DNA of 64,000 bases from Podarcis filfolensis. Lineage: Eukaryota. Position 1 is the stretch's first letter. Each line of letters opens with the position of its first letter. The stretch lies in NCBI GenBank assembly GCA_964270895.1, contig OZ185444.1; one strand, written 5' to 3'. Made by a program: the position numbers and the translations under genes. This document shows, piece by piece, positions 35,291 through 47,249 of this stretch. The notes under the pieces were generated by a model. That model saw only the letters and a program-made list of their open reading frames with translations, searched no databases and had not been told where the DNA came from.

Positions 35291-37799
35291 AATAAAAATA
35301 AAATTTATTTCACCTAGAAATCAGAGAATCTAACTCAGCCTTCCTAACATACACTAGTGTTCTAAGTACAGGAACGTTTTTAGCATGGAGGAATATAAAA
35401 ACCATATGAATCCTCAGTTTTAACACCGCAGTAAAAACAAAGCCACAGATAACTATTCTCAACCGTTATTGTGTAATGCTACCAAGTTACTGTGGCAGTA
35501 TAATGCAGTTTGTCTGGATACCCATTTGGTTTCTGCTCCACTGCAGAAATTTCTCCTACAGCTGAGAGGTACATGTCAGCTGAGAGGTACATGTCAAACA
35601 ATATATGTGAACTTTCCCCCTGTAAAGTAACCCAGAATTTGGTTGGGTAGTGTCACTCCATAGCTGCTAAGGTATGTTACCAATGATCTACCTCCTTACA
35701 GCTGCCCTAAGTCACAGAGCATGAATCAGAGGTGAAGGAAAAGAAAGATTTTGTGTCATTGTTATCCAAACCTTTCTGCTTTGCTGACTTTTACACTTGG
35801 TTGCTCTTTCTAACATTCCCCATTTACCACAGTCTTGAATGCTCAGAGTTCATGTTGGATGGCTTGCTTATTAGGGGAGAGTATACTGGGCAGGAATGTG
35901 ACCAGAATTTACATAGGGTTTCCATTCTTTTGGCCCATACAGCTAATGCTCAAATGTGCATCTCAAATTCTGAGCATGTAGCAGCCTAGATGATACCTAC
36001 AATATTTTTGCAGTGTCAGAACTGTCCTCCTGTCCTTGCCCTCTAATCTTCAGTGATTATCAAGAAGAGATAATGAGCAAATACTCCCATAGTTCCATGC
36101 AACTTCAATTTTATTCAAAAGCCTCCAAGCTAAGAGTGGTTTCAGACATTCAAGATGTTATTGACTTTTGCTTCCTATTTTCAGTGCATGTTGGTAATAT
36201 TAAAAGAGAATTCATAGCCACTCTTACTTCTAAGTAAACATGCATAGAATAAGGTTCTAAACCATTCTTTGATTAACACTTTTGGACTCTCTCTTTTTAA
36301 AACCTACAAGATCCCACATTACCCCAGCTTTGTTAACTGTTAGAGGTAGTTTGCTGTATATTGTTTCAAACTGTATAAGCTTAAGTCTGTTCTGAGACTG
36401 CTTTTGCCTGTATAGCAGCCTATTAGTTGAAAACTGCCAGTATGTCTCCCCTAATTTTGTTTTCTTTAAGTTAAACATACCCAGTTCTTTCATCATTTTC
36501 GTATGTGTCATATATTTCAAACTCAGTAAGTGGAAGTCTGCCTTTCACAAAGATAAGGCTGTGGGTAGGATTTTTAATACCAAGATGTTCCTGACAATAA
36601 CAAAAAAATGTATTCCTCAAACAAAGGTTTCTTTATCACCACCTATTTTCCTTTTCTTTCTTTGATTTGCTGTCCTTTTTCTTCTTGAACTTTGTTCCAT
36701 TTCCCTCCTTTATTCGGTCCTCTGCTCACACTTCTTCTATCAAAGTCCCATGTGTACCTCCTTAGGGTGGGTCAACTCTCACTTTGGTTTTAAAGTCTGC
36801 TGCTTAGAACACAGCTACGTTGACACTGTAACTATTTAATTTTCTGTCTCTTGCTAGACCTGTCTCCCACAGTGTCTGACCATCTCAACATTTTCTAAAA
36901 AACAAAAACCTGTTAACCTCTACAGATAGAAAGCTAAAGTATAGTGTGAATTGAATCTTAAGAAAATGAATACAAGAGGGAACTGAACCCACACCTTCTA
37001 CATCCCAAGTGAATGTCATAATCAGCCTTCTTTACACTTCTGCCAAGAGCTCTCTGCTTTCTTATATGAAAGCTACTCTCCTGACTCCCTCAGGTAGTCA
37101 CAAGGAACTACTGGGTTTTTGAAGGTTTCTCTAGCACAGTAGTTCCTAAGAAGCATACTGGTCCTCAAGTTCTGTCTTAGCTGATATTAGGGATGATAAT
37201 TTTACAGTTTGGAGTCCCTTTTATTCACTTTAGCTGTTTTGATGTTTTGACTGATTTTACTACCTGTATTTTATAGAGGTTATTTTCTGCTGCTTTTACA
37301 TATGTTGTAAAAGCACTGCACTGCAAGTTAAAGTGAAGCTATGTCCCTGTTCAAATAGAAAGAATCTGGGCTGATAAACAATGGAACCTGGTTTCATGTT
37401 TAGGACTCGCCCTCCTCTTCTGATCGCAAACTTTTAACTGATTTTAATATTGTATTTTAAGATTGCTGACCCCTTGGACTTTGGTAAAAGGGGGGTTAAG
37501 AAAACTAACAAATAATAATTAGCATGGAGGGAGCCTTAAACCATGGCTGTCAGACCAGAGCTGCTGTGTCTGAATTGGGCTTCTATGTCTGAAGGCGAGG
37601 TTGAAATTTTATAAATAAATACAAAGAACTAAATGTTAAGATTGCTGGGTCATAATACAGATGGTAGTATCTAACTTTAATCATACTTAAGAGTAGATAA
37701 GTATGATCTATTAGAATGAATGAGCACAGCTAACTTAGGTCCATTCATTTCAGTGGATCTATTCTGAGTAAAACACAGTTGGAGACAACCCAGAGTTGT

Positions 37800-37802
<3 letters not shown>

Positions 37803-37838
<36 letters not shown>
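37803..37838. repeat. (AC)n microsatellite
   Basis: Direct observation. Confidence 0.95.
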
Positions 37839-37840
<2 letters not shown>

Positions 37841-39878
37841 TTAACAGTGCATAAGAAAAATGCAGTCATGACAGTTCCTTCATCTACCTTCTCCCAATCC
37901 TGCAATAGCAAGCAAGATTTCAGTTTTGCACCACCAGTTTTGCAGAGGGTGGAAGAGTGGACAAAGGAACCAAGTGAAAGAATAGGGAGCTCTGGCAAAC
38001 TGCATAATTTCCCACATCTCAGCAGTTTAAAAAGGGCTGCATGTTTTAATTAGGGAATTACTAAGACTGCAATCTTATATACCAAGGATGGGGAACTTCA
38101 GGCCCAGGGACCAAGTGTAGCTCTCCATGCCCCCTCCCCAGGCCAAGCTTCTCACCAACCTACTTTGTTCCTGGCTAGATTGTTTTTATCTGCATTGATG
38201 GATATGTGTTGAAATCTTTCCAATGTTGTTACATTAATTGCTACACCATTTTTATCTCTGACTCCCACCATTATCAGCAAGCAACTCCCATAAAATAACC
38301 ATAAGGGAATGTAGTCCTCAGGCTGAAAAGCTTCCCAGCCCTAATACATATTCAGTTAGCAGGGAATCTCATTAAACTCAATCAGATTTACTCCTGAGTA
38401 AACATGCACCGGATTGCATTGTAAGGCTGCAATTCTGTGAATACTTACTTGTGCATAAGCCTCACTGTGCAGACTTCTGAATATACAGATAGGATCAGGC
38501 TGCACAGCTTTAGAGGGCAGGTTTATTCCCTGGCGGTGGGGGAGATACTTATTTCTCCTGAACTGTGATTTCTCCCTGCAAATGTGCACCTCAATAAATT
38601 TTCACACTTGCTAGACTCGCTTCTTGTTTCAGAGTCCAAGTGATGGGGAAATTCTTCAAATATAATCATTAAGGGTGTATGCAGAAGACAATCTGCAGGG
38701 AACAGAAGAAAATCTTCCTCCAACTATCACTTCTCCTCCCTACAAACGCCTGTCAGCCATTACGTTTCCTTGGTAGCATTTTGTTCCACCTAATTTTAGT
38801 TGATAATCAGTGGGGCTGGATTTTAATCACTGAGGACAATTTTTAATTGGTAAGACTGAAAATGAACGTTTTGTTTGTTTGTTTGAATATAGTGGCCATC
38901 TGCACCTCCACAGGGCAGGAATTCCAGTCAATGCACCACTACAAAGGAGGCTCTATCCTAATGGGTGCTTCCACACTGTCCCTTCATGTTGTTTTCTATG
39001 ATCCAATTCCTATCTACCTGTTTTGCCCGCATCCTCTCCAGAGCCACTGTGTTTAAAAGCCCATTTATACTAATCAGTTGTAATTTGACTTCTTTATCAG
39101 TATTGTCATTAGAAAAAGTCTGTTTTAAATAAGCATTTACTCCCCTTCATTCCTTTCAATATGCCCTCTTGAATGGAAAGAAATACTGTAGCCACTGCAT
39201 TTATTAAAAGAAAAGTGCAGGTTCTCAAGCCTGCCTTCAACCCCTATGCTCTAGCCAATGCTTCCTTTGTGGGGAAGAAGGGATATTCTTGCTGATGTTT
39301 ACTGGTATTACCTCCTGTATAGTGCTTCACATTTAGATGTATGTCATTGAATTCACACTGGCTTTTGGTGGCCAGGGACAGAACAAGATTAAAGCACTAA
39401 TCCAATCCATTTATTTGGGAGTGACCGCCATTGAATGAAATGGGACTCACCATTGAGTAGACATGCACAAGACTGCAATTATGCTTTAACTGGAAGATTG
39501 TGTGATTAATATATTGTTACTCCACCCGAGCTCAACCTACAGATGGAGAGGGTTCTAAATTAAAAGGGGAGCATACAACACCTTGTAAGGAATTTGCTGC
39601 CACAAGGTGTGCCAATGGCCACTGACTCAGAGGGTATTTTAAAAGTCACATAGGTCTGGCAAATGGCTAGCACTCATGATGTCTAATGGAACCTCCATGT
39701 CCCATGGAAGGCTCTGGTTGGATACTGTTGGAATGCTGGATTGATCCCACAGGGCTTCTGCATTCTTATGAATGTAACAAATCCTTAAGAGCTTTTGAGT
39801 CCTGATGCTGAGCCAGTGTGCTGTAGTATAGAATCATAGAACTGCAGAGTTGGAAGGGACCACAAGGGTCATCTAGTC

Positions 39879-40014
39879 CAGGCATAGGCAAACTCTGGCC
39901 CTCCAGATGTTTGGGACTACAATTCCCATCATCCTTAGCTAACAGGAGCAGTGGTCAGGGATGATGGGAATTGTAGTCCCAAACATCTGGAGGGCCAGAG
40001 TTTGCCTATGCCTG
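39879..40014. mobile_element. hAT MITE inserted in a CR1 3' tail
   Basis: 56-bp perfect inverted arms starting CAGGCATAGGCAAACT; 8-bp TSD ATCTAGTC (39871-39878, 40015-40022). Confidence 0.94.
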
Positions 40015-40332
40015 ATCTAGTCCAATCCCCTGCAATGCAAGAATCCTGCCCACAACTGTTATCGGAGCACAATCACGAGGCTGCCAGATTCAGATCGACA
40101 CTAAAACACAAAGTTCGTGTGGTGGCCATGGTTTAGTTCAGAGGTGCTCAACCTTTTCGGATGAAAACCTGGCAGTGCTCACAATGCCACATGCAGCAGG
40201 CAAAACACCAACACTTACATACCCCAAATAAAACAGAAAAGCAGGCAAGCCCATAACCAAACATTGCCCCCCCCAAAAAAATTTAAAATTGGAGGGACAG
40301 GGGCTACAGGCACCAAGTCAGAAAGTGCTACG

Positions 40333-40528
40333 AGGGCTGGCCTAAGGCATTTTGGCACCTGAGGCGGACCCCCAAATGGCATCCCTCTACCTTCCAGGGA
40401 AGAAGGGGTGAGGGAAGATCTACATCAGGAACAAGGCGGGGGAAAGATCAACACCAGGATCCGCTGCCCCTGTGGATCTTGGCACCTGAGGCGCTCACCT
40501 CACCTTGCTACCTAGGTAGGCCAGCCCT
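40333..40528. mobile_element. GC-rich non-autonomous DNA element (Harbinger-like ends)
   Basis: 12-bp inverted ends AGGGCTGGCCTA / TAGGCCAGCCCT; internal GGCACCTGAGGCG twice; no clean TSD. Confidence 0.5.
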
Positions 40529-41199
40529 GGGCACTGTATTGGGAACACCCGGGCTAGCCATTATCACCTCAACAGTAATATTGTGAAGATGTAAACCAGT
40601 GGGGCCTATGCCACCGTAAAAGAAAGGCGGTATTGACACACAATGAACTCCAAAAAGCGAATGGCCTTTCCAGCTCTGGAGCAATGTCAGCTGTTGCGAT
40701 TAACTGCAATACTGGCTGGCGCCTGCTCTCCGCCCTTCCCTACCATTTCTTCCCCGTTTTCGGGGTCAAGGGGTGGGGAAGCAGCAGCTACTCTCCCCTC
40801 TCTCTGCTCCCCATCCCGCCTTCCTTTTGCCTCAAGGAAGGAAGGGTTCCCTCGTTGCCTTTGCTCGGGAATTCGCGAGGAGAGGCCCCTCTCCTATGGT
40901 TGAGCAACAGTGGACGCCACTCATCCCCGAGCTAGGGGCGTTGAAGTGCGGCTGCCCGTCAACGATGAAGAAGGAAGGGCCGCCGGAGGAGGATCAAAAA
41001 GCGCGCGACGCCAGTGACCGTTGGAGACGGTTCGAACCCCCCGCAGCGCACGCAGCCCTTCCCCGCTCTCTCCCAAAGGAGGGGCAACGTGTGGGGGTGG
41101 GGAAGAGACAGGGCCAGCGTCGGTCTGCGCAGACGCGGAAAACTCAGTTAACCTTGCGTAGAGCCTCCACAAACACAGAAAGTACATAGGAGCCACATA

Positions 41200-42099
41200 G
41201 CGGCGTGGGAAGGCCCACTGTCAATGGGCGGGTGGGGGTGTTTAGGGATTGACTTGGGAAGTGAACCCGCGTCTTGCCTCGCAGAATCCTAATGGAAAGT
41301 AGTCACCGAATCGGGATTATCCGAAGACAGTTTAACCGTAGTCATTTCCGGCGTCCCTAGAGAATTGACAACGAAAAGAACATGATTCCGTCCCAGTGGT
41401 ACAGGCCGCCCGGGCTCAACCAATCATAAAATAGGCTCGTTTGGCGGGTCATTAATCACCGGGTAGAAGAAGACGGTCCACGCACGCAAAATTGTTGCTT
41501 TGAATGACTTCATCGCTTCCTCAGGCAGGGGCGTCATCGCGGTTGGCGGCCCTGGACGACTTCAAATGATTGAGCACAAACTGAGCCAATAGGCGCCTAG
41601 AGTTCCTTTTGATCGGCACATGCTGAGAACTAATGAGCTGAGGGCATCGACGAAAAGGGCGGAAAGGACGTGCGAGGGAACAGCCAAACGGAAATGTAGG
41701 CGGGCGCAACGCGAAACCAATCGCTTCTTCCGAGAACGGGGAGCGTCGGCCAATAGGATTGCAGGTGGGGGTGGGCGGGGGAAGCGCGGACGTTCTCGTG
41801 TCCTGTTGCTAGGAGAGGGCTGGAGTCGCTTTTTTCCGCGAGAGGCGGAAGAGCGTGGTTTAGGTTGGAAGCTGGGTTTGCGGGGACCCGGTAGCCCAGG
41901 CCCTGCGCCGCTGTCCCCGCGGATCTCAGGGCGGCTCTCCCTCCCGACCCGCTAGGCCCAGCCTCAGGGGTCCCTTTCCCCGCCTGCCTTAATTCCAGCC
42001 CCTCGATGCCTACACAACCCTCCCCTCCATAAGCGCCGGCCTCTTCCTCTCCCCTTTCCCCACAAAATCCTCTCCTGTGGTGAAGGGGTAGCGCAGGCC
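41200..42099 (+). promoter_or_regulatory. IFT27: IFT27 TATA-less CpG-island promoter and 5' UTR
   Basis: CpG-rich; four CCAAT boxes (41420, 41586, 41717, 41750), GC box GGGGGTGGGCGGGGG (about 41767-41781), ETS-like CGGAA cores, directly upstream of the IFT27 ATG. Confidence 0.8.
41803..41817 (+). promoter_or_regulatory. IFT27: RFX X-box
   Basis: CTGTTGCTAGGAGAG (reverse complement CTCTCCTAGCAACAG) matches the RFX motif; ciliary IFT genes are classic RFX targets. Confidence 0.7.
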
Positions 42100-42133
42100 A
42101 TGGTGAAGCTGGCTGCCAAGTGCATCGTGGCAG
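42100..42133 (+). CDS. IFT27: Intraflagellar transport protein 27 (RABL4), exon 1 (MVKLAAKCIVA)
   Basis: Kozak gccATGG; donor GCAG|gtgagt; N-terminus matches IFT27. Confidence 0.96.
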
Positions 42134-45060
42134 GTGAGTTCCGAAACCGGCCGCCTTGGCAGCATCGCTACAAGTCGCACCTCGTGTACAGGGACCTGAG
42201 AGTCCCGGGCCAAGGCATGTCCTCGTCTCAGAGGGGAGGAAAAGAGCATTGCTGCCTCTGCACAAGCGCCCGCAATCTAAGGATGCGGTTAAGGTGTTCG
42301 GTTGCTTTTATAGCAACGCAGCCTAACAGGAAACCGTTGCTTTTAAATCATTCCTGCCCCGCTCTAGAAATCGCTTGAGAATCCCTTCCTTCCTAGATCG
42401 ACATGGTTAGGATTGGGCTTTTATATATATAGTATATATACTATATATACTATATATATATAGTAAAGAGTATATGCCTTGGGTTAATTTTGTTCCCTGT
42501 AGAAAGAGAAGCACAGGAGCACACCAGGTAGGAGGACTTGCTCTTCAAAAAGCGAAAACACACCTGCTATCTAATTATTCTATTGCTCTGAGACCAGTTT
42601 GACCCTCCAATGTCAAACACAAGCTCTCTAGGGCATTGCTGATTTCTATCAGTCACATCTAATTTTGGTTTTGTGATGTGAATGTTTTGTCTCTCCTGCT
42701 GCAAACTTTCTTGCATCGGTTGGTGGCATATAAATCAATCAATAAATGATTCTAGTTATTGAATATGACAATTAGTCTGCAACAGGTCCTCCTTTTAAGG
42801 GGGCAAAGGCTTTCTTTGCAAACCTGTAAAAGAGAACAATGGTGAAAGGAAGAGATTGTTCCAGTTCCATGTTAAATAGCAGGCATGTCCACCTTTCAAG
42901 AGACTGAGATCTACTCCCACTATAAAATAACTGGCAGTGAGTTACATACCCCCCATGATCTACCAGTAGATCAAGATCTACCTGTTGGACGTGCCTGTTA
43001 TATAGAAATGGACTGTAACTGGCAGTTTGAACATACCTTGATTTGCCAGAAAGCATATTGACGGTTGGTTGGTTGGTTGTTTAAAAAATCTGCAGATCAG
43101 GAGGCACTGTAGGCTTTAGGATCAGCTTTTAGATATGCAAGTTTCCCAAATAGAACAGAAAATTCCAAGATTATTGAAAGATGATGTGGTTTTATCGCAT
43201 GCTTAGCATTATGGGATGTTTCTTTAGAATCTTAGAAGGGTCGTGACCCTAGAATCAGATTACTCTTTTTCAGGGGATGAGGGCAGACTCTGAAGGGGGA
43301 GGCCATGCAGGGCTAATCCCCCAAAAGCTCTTCGAAGCAGGGCTGGTGTGTCCCGCTTGAGGCGAAATGAGAAGTGCCACTCCACCAGCGTAGAAGGGCC
43401 AGCATTGGCAAGATTCACAAGCTCCCTTTGTGCTCCGTGAGATGTTGCGAGATTTCAGAAATGGGAACCAATGCCAGCACTGCTTCTCCATTGGTGGTGG
43501 AGGTGGCAGAACAGGCAGGGTTCCCATGAGAGTACCAACTCAGGGACTTCTGCTGCTTCATCCTGCCTCATAGATGGGCAGTCAATTGGTACCAGTGCCC
43601 TTGCCTAAGGATGTAGCACTGCTGTCTTCAGTCTAGAGGACTCCATTGCAGAGGCCCCCATGAGGTGGGTGATGCCAGAGCAGAAGCCTAATGGAGCAGG
43701 CTGGGGCCTTTAACTGATAAGGCAACTACCACCAAGGGCAGGACCAGTAATAGGTATGCTGCCGCTATATAGAGCTTAATCTCAATTTGATAATTGCTGA
43801 AGCTACATCAGCACTCTGCTCTGGGCATCACAACGATATATTCCATATTTTTACTTTAAAAGCAAACCTTACACCACCATTGATAAATGCAAAATACTCA
43901 ATTTGCCTAAACAAATTTTATTTTCTAATTGCCTTACAAGATGGCCTACTCAACCAGAAGCGTATAAATTTGACTGTGTTGTCTCATGCATAGTGGACAC
44001 ATTTTTTCTGCTATGTCCATTGGGTGCTTCTGTCTCACCTGGCATCCATGCAAGAGTATGAAGTTTGAGTGAAGTAAACACACACAGGCCAGCAGCCCTG
44101 AAAAGCACAATTTCCTTCAATTAGTCTTGGAAATAGTTGCTCAATTTGAGCCTAAATACTGAATTTTTCATGCATGTTGCTCCTGCGTATGCATGTCTAG
44201 CAGAACAATTGCATCCTGTGTGAACAGAGAGAAACTGTTGTGAAATCTGAGCGTTTCGTGCATCTTATGCAGAAGAATTAACATGTTTTTCCTGTTCAAT
44301 TCTGATGCCTAAAATGTTGATACTGAATCCTGACAATATTGTTATGATCGGAATTAAATATTTTTCCATACTGGAAAGTACCGTATGTTGCACCTTTAGG
44401 CAATGTTTCCACAATGCCATTTGTTGTGTTCTGTACAGTAGATCTCCTAACTTCACTCTTGTTCGCATTATGAACATAAGACTGGACAAGGTTATGATTA
44501 GCATTCATTGATAATAAGAATGTTGTGGCAAACTCAAAGAAGCAAAATAATATATAGTAGCAAGTAAAATATATAAGTAGCCCAAAAGTGCTGTCCTGAT
44601 AGATGGTGAAGAAAAAAGGTAGAAAGTCAGTTTCTGTAGTGTCCCATGCTATGGTCAGTAGTACCACAGCAGATCTTTGGAGTTTGTGTACTTGCAAAAA
44701 ATTGAGAACAATGAGGGCCATGCTAAATGCAGTTCTGGAGAATCTTGAGCTGCCACAGAACTGGCAGGTAATTATTTTGCTCCTTGCTACAGTCCACACA
44801 AAAAAGAAAAAACAGCTTTCGAAATGTGTGCTTTTCATTTCAAGGTGTGATGGGGGCATCCCTTGAAATGTAAATTGCAGCTTTGAAGAAACAATTTATG
44901 GTATGTGGTAGGAAGAAAAACTTTTCCTCCCCACCTTTGTGGTCCAGAGACTCCTCAGCCTTCCCGCAGCCACTGTTTACACTAAAAACATGCATTGCTT
45001 TTAATTACATTCACACAATGAATGTCATGTCTAGCTTGGACCTGTTCCTTTGCCCAGATA

Positions 45061-45406
45061 AAGGTAAAGGGACCCCTGACCATTAGGTCCAGTCGCGGAC
45101 GACTCTGGGATTTTGGTGCTCATCTTGCTTTACTGGCTGAGGGAGCCAGCATACAGCTTCTGGGTCATGTGACCAGCATGACTAAGCCGCTTCTGGCAAA
45201 CCAGAGCAGCTCACAGAAACACCGTTTACCTTCCCGCCAGAGTGGTACCTATTTATCTACTTGCACTTTGACGCGCTTTTGAACTGCTAGGTTGGCAGGA
45301 GCAGGGACCGAGCAACGGGAGCTCACCCTGTCGCAGGGATTCGAACTGCCGACCTTCTGATCGGCAAGCCCTAGGCTCTGTGGTTTAACCCACAGTGCCA
45401 CCTCCG
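45061..45406 (-). mobile_element. Sauria SINE in IFT27 intron 1
   Basis: Full-length consensus; 15-bp TSD TCCTTTGCCCAGATA at 45046-45060 and 45407-45421. Confidence 0.93.
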
Positions 45407-45657
45407 TCCTTTGCCCAGATAGGTATACGGTATTTAAATCCTTTGGTTTCAGCATGCATATAAAATGTATAATATTGAACTGCTCATTGTTTACATCAGT
45501 ATTATTTATTTATTTAGCATTCCCCCCTTTTGTTTATTTATTGAATTTATATACCACTCTATACCCGCAGGTCCATTATATTTCTTAGAATATAATTGGA
45601 GGAAGGAAGTAACTTAGCCAAATTAGAATAAAAGTATTTTTCCTATTTGTTGTGCAG

Positions 45658-45737
45658 GTGACCCAGCAGTGGGGAAAAGTGCCTTGGTCCAGATGTTCTG
45701 CAATGATGGGGCTCATTTTCAGAAAAATTATACATTG
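45658..45737 (+). CDS. IFT27: IFT27 exon 2 (P-loop GDPAVGKS...AHFQKNYTL)
   Basis: tgtgcag|GT ... TTG|gtgagc; 80 nt; G1 motif. Confidence 0.97.
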
Positions 45738-46462
45738 GTGAGCTTTTGGATGGAATGACAAGCACTGGGGAGGAAAGACATCGGTGTGATCTTCACAGAT
45801 TTGAATGTTAATCATAGTGCTAAGTATCTTGGTTACATTTAAAACTTCCCATCATAAAAGTGGCAAGGATATATTTACCTAGGACCAGTTTGTACACTTA
45901 CACAACCAGTTATCATCAAATGCAGGAGGAGCAAAAGTGCATCCCATTCCATTTCCCACTACAGTATATGTCTAAGGAAATGTGGAACAGGCACCCCATA
46001 CAGAGACCTGTACATGTGGAAACCCAATTTGAGGAGGAAGACTTGTACAAATCAGGTCTCCGCACTTGTAGGTCTTCATGTTGAAACATACTTTTTTGTA
46101 TTTACCTTAGGTGAGCAGAAAAAGAAGGATGTACTATTTCTCTTATGAAGATTGTTGCCTGAAAAGGGGTTTGAAAAATACCCTAAAGAATCTACAGCCA
46201 GAGCTAGTCCTGCAGCAAAAATAAACTTTCTATAACTGTGAGCAACTGCCTTCATTTCAGCCTGGTTTTGTTTTTCCAGGCTAGTCCCAAACATCCATTT
46301 TTCAGATTCTGAGTGTTTCTATGACATATAAATTAGTTTGTTATATTGTGATGATGATTTGAAAAGCCTGAAGGATTCTGTTGGCCCTAGGCAAGCATAG
46401 TATGAAAATACACTTGCTTCCTCTGAATCTTTATGACATGTTTACCTTATTTTGATTGACAG

Positions 46463-46522
46463 ACAACAGGAGTAGAATTGCTGGTGAAGACGGTACTCAT
46501 TCCAGAGACAAATGATAGTGTG
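46463..46522 (+). CDS. IFT27: IFT27 exon 3 (TTGVELLVKTVLIPETNDSV)
   Basis: ttgacag|ACA ... GTG|gtgagc; 60 nt. Confidence 0.96.
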
Positions 46523-47189
46523 GTGAGCCCAGCTATGATTTAAACAGATAGGCTTTTTAAAAAAAATTAAAAAGCCTATCTAGAATTCTCATTTTTTTCA
46601 ATGACATTGTTTAACTTACTCCGATTCTGTTAGTTAATTTATACAAACGTAGGAAAACTTATTTGTATAGCATTAATGTTGACAATGCAACGTCTTGGAC
46701 TCTCTAATTTGTTCCAATAACTTCATACCCATTGGGACTCCTACCTCTTTGGGATAAAATCATGTAACTATGTTGGTATATGAGTTGCCATTTTGTCTAT
46801 GCAATAAGTTGATACTAGGAATAGAAGCAGAAATCAATGTTTTATAGGAAAGGAAAGAACAAGCTTTCTGGACCATCTCAACTGCTTTGACTCTCCCCCA
46901 ACCCTCAGAGCTCTTTGCTGCCACCATTTGGTGAGTTAGTCATGGGCTGCTTGGTGAAATAGGGCAGTGAAATACTTGCAAGCTGGACTACCCTGGGCTA
47001 TGGTGTGTTTTCTTCTGTATTTAAAAATATAATAGTTAATTCATTTCTATAGCTCTGTGGGTTACATGTATTATTATTAATTATTAAGATTGTGATCATT
47101 GCTGTGCCTGAAGTGAGGTAGCATTTAAAAACTGTTTACTTAGTAGGGAAGGTTTCATGGCTACACATTGTTTTTGCTTTTGCTTTCAG

Positions 47190-47249
47190 GAACTCTTCCT
47201 CTTTGACTCAGCAGGGAAAGAAATCTTTTCTGAAATGCTAGAGAAACTG
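47190..47249 (+). CDS. IFT27: IFT27 exon 4 (ELFLFDSAGKEIFSEMLEKL), ends at a GC donor
   Basis: gctttcag|GAA ... CTG|gcaagt; 60 nt; G3 motif DSAG; only the GC donor keeps frame with exon 5. Confidence 0.94.

Noticed and set aside
41630-42265. 211-aa antisense ORF over the IFT27 promoter
   Set aside because: Typical CpG-island chance ORF with no domain similarity.
42301-42317. Palindrome GTTGCT-TTTAT-AGCAAC as a second X-box
   Set aside because: Half-site spacing is longer than the 0-3 nt tolerated by RFX dimers; at most half-sites.
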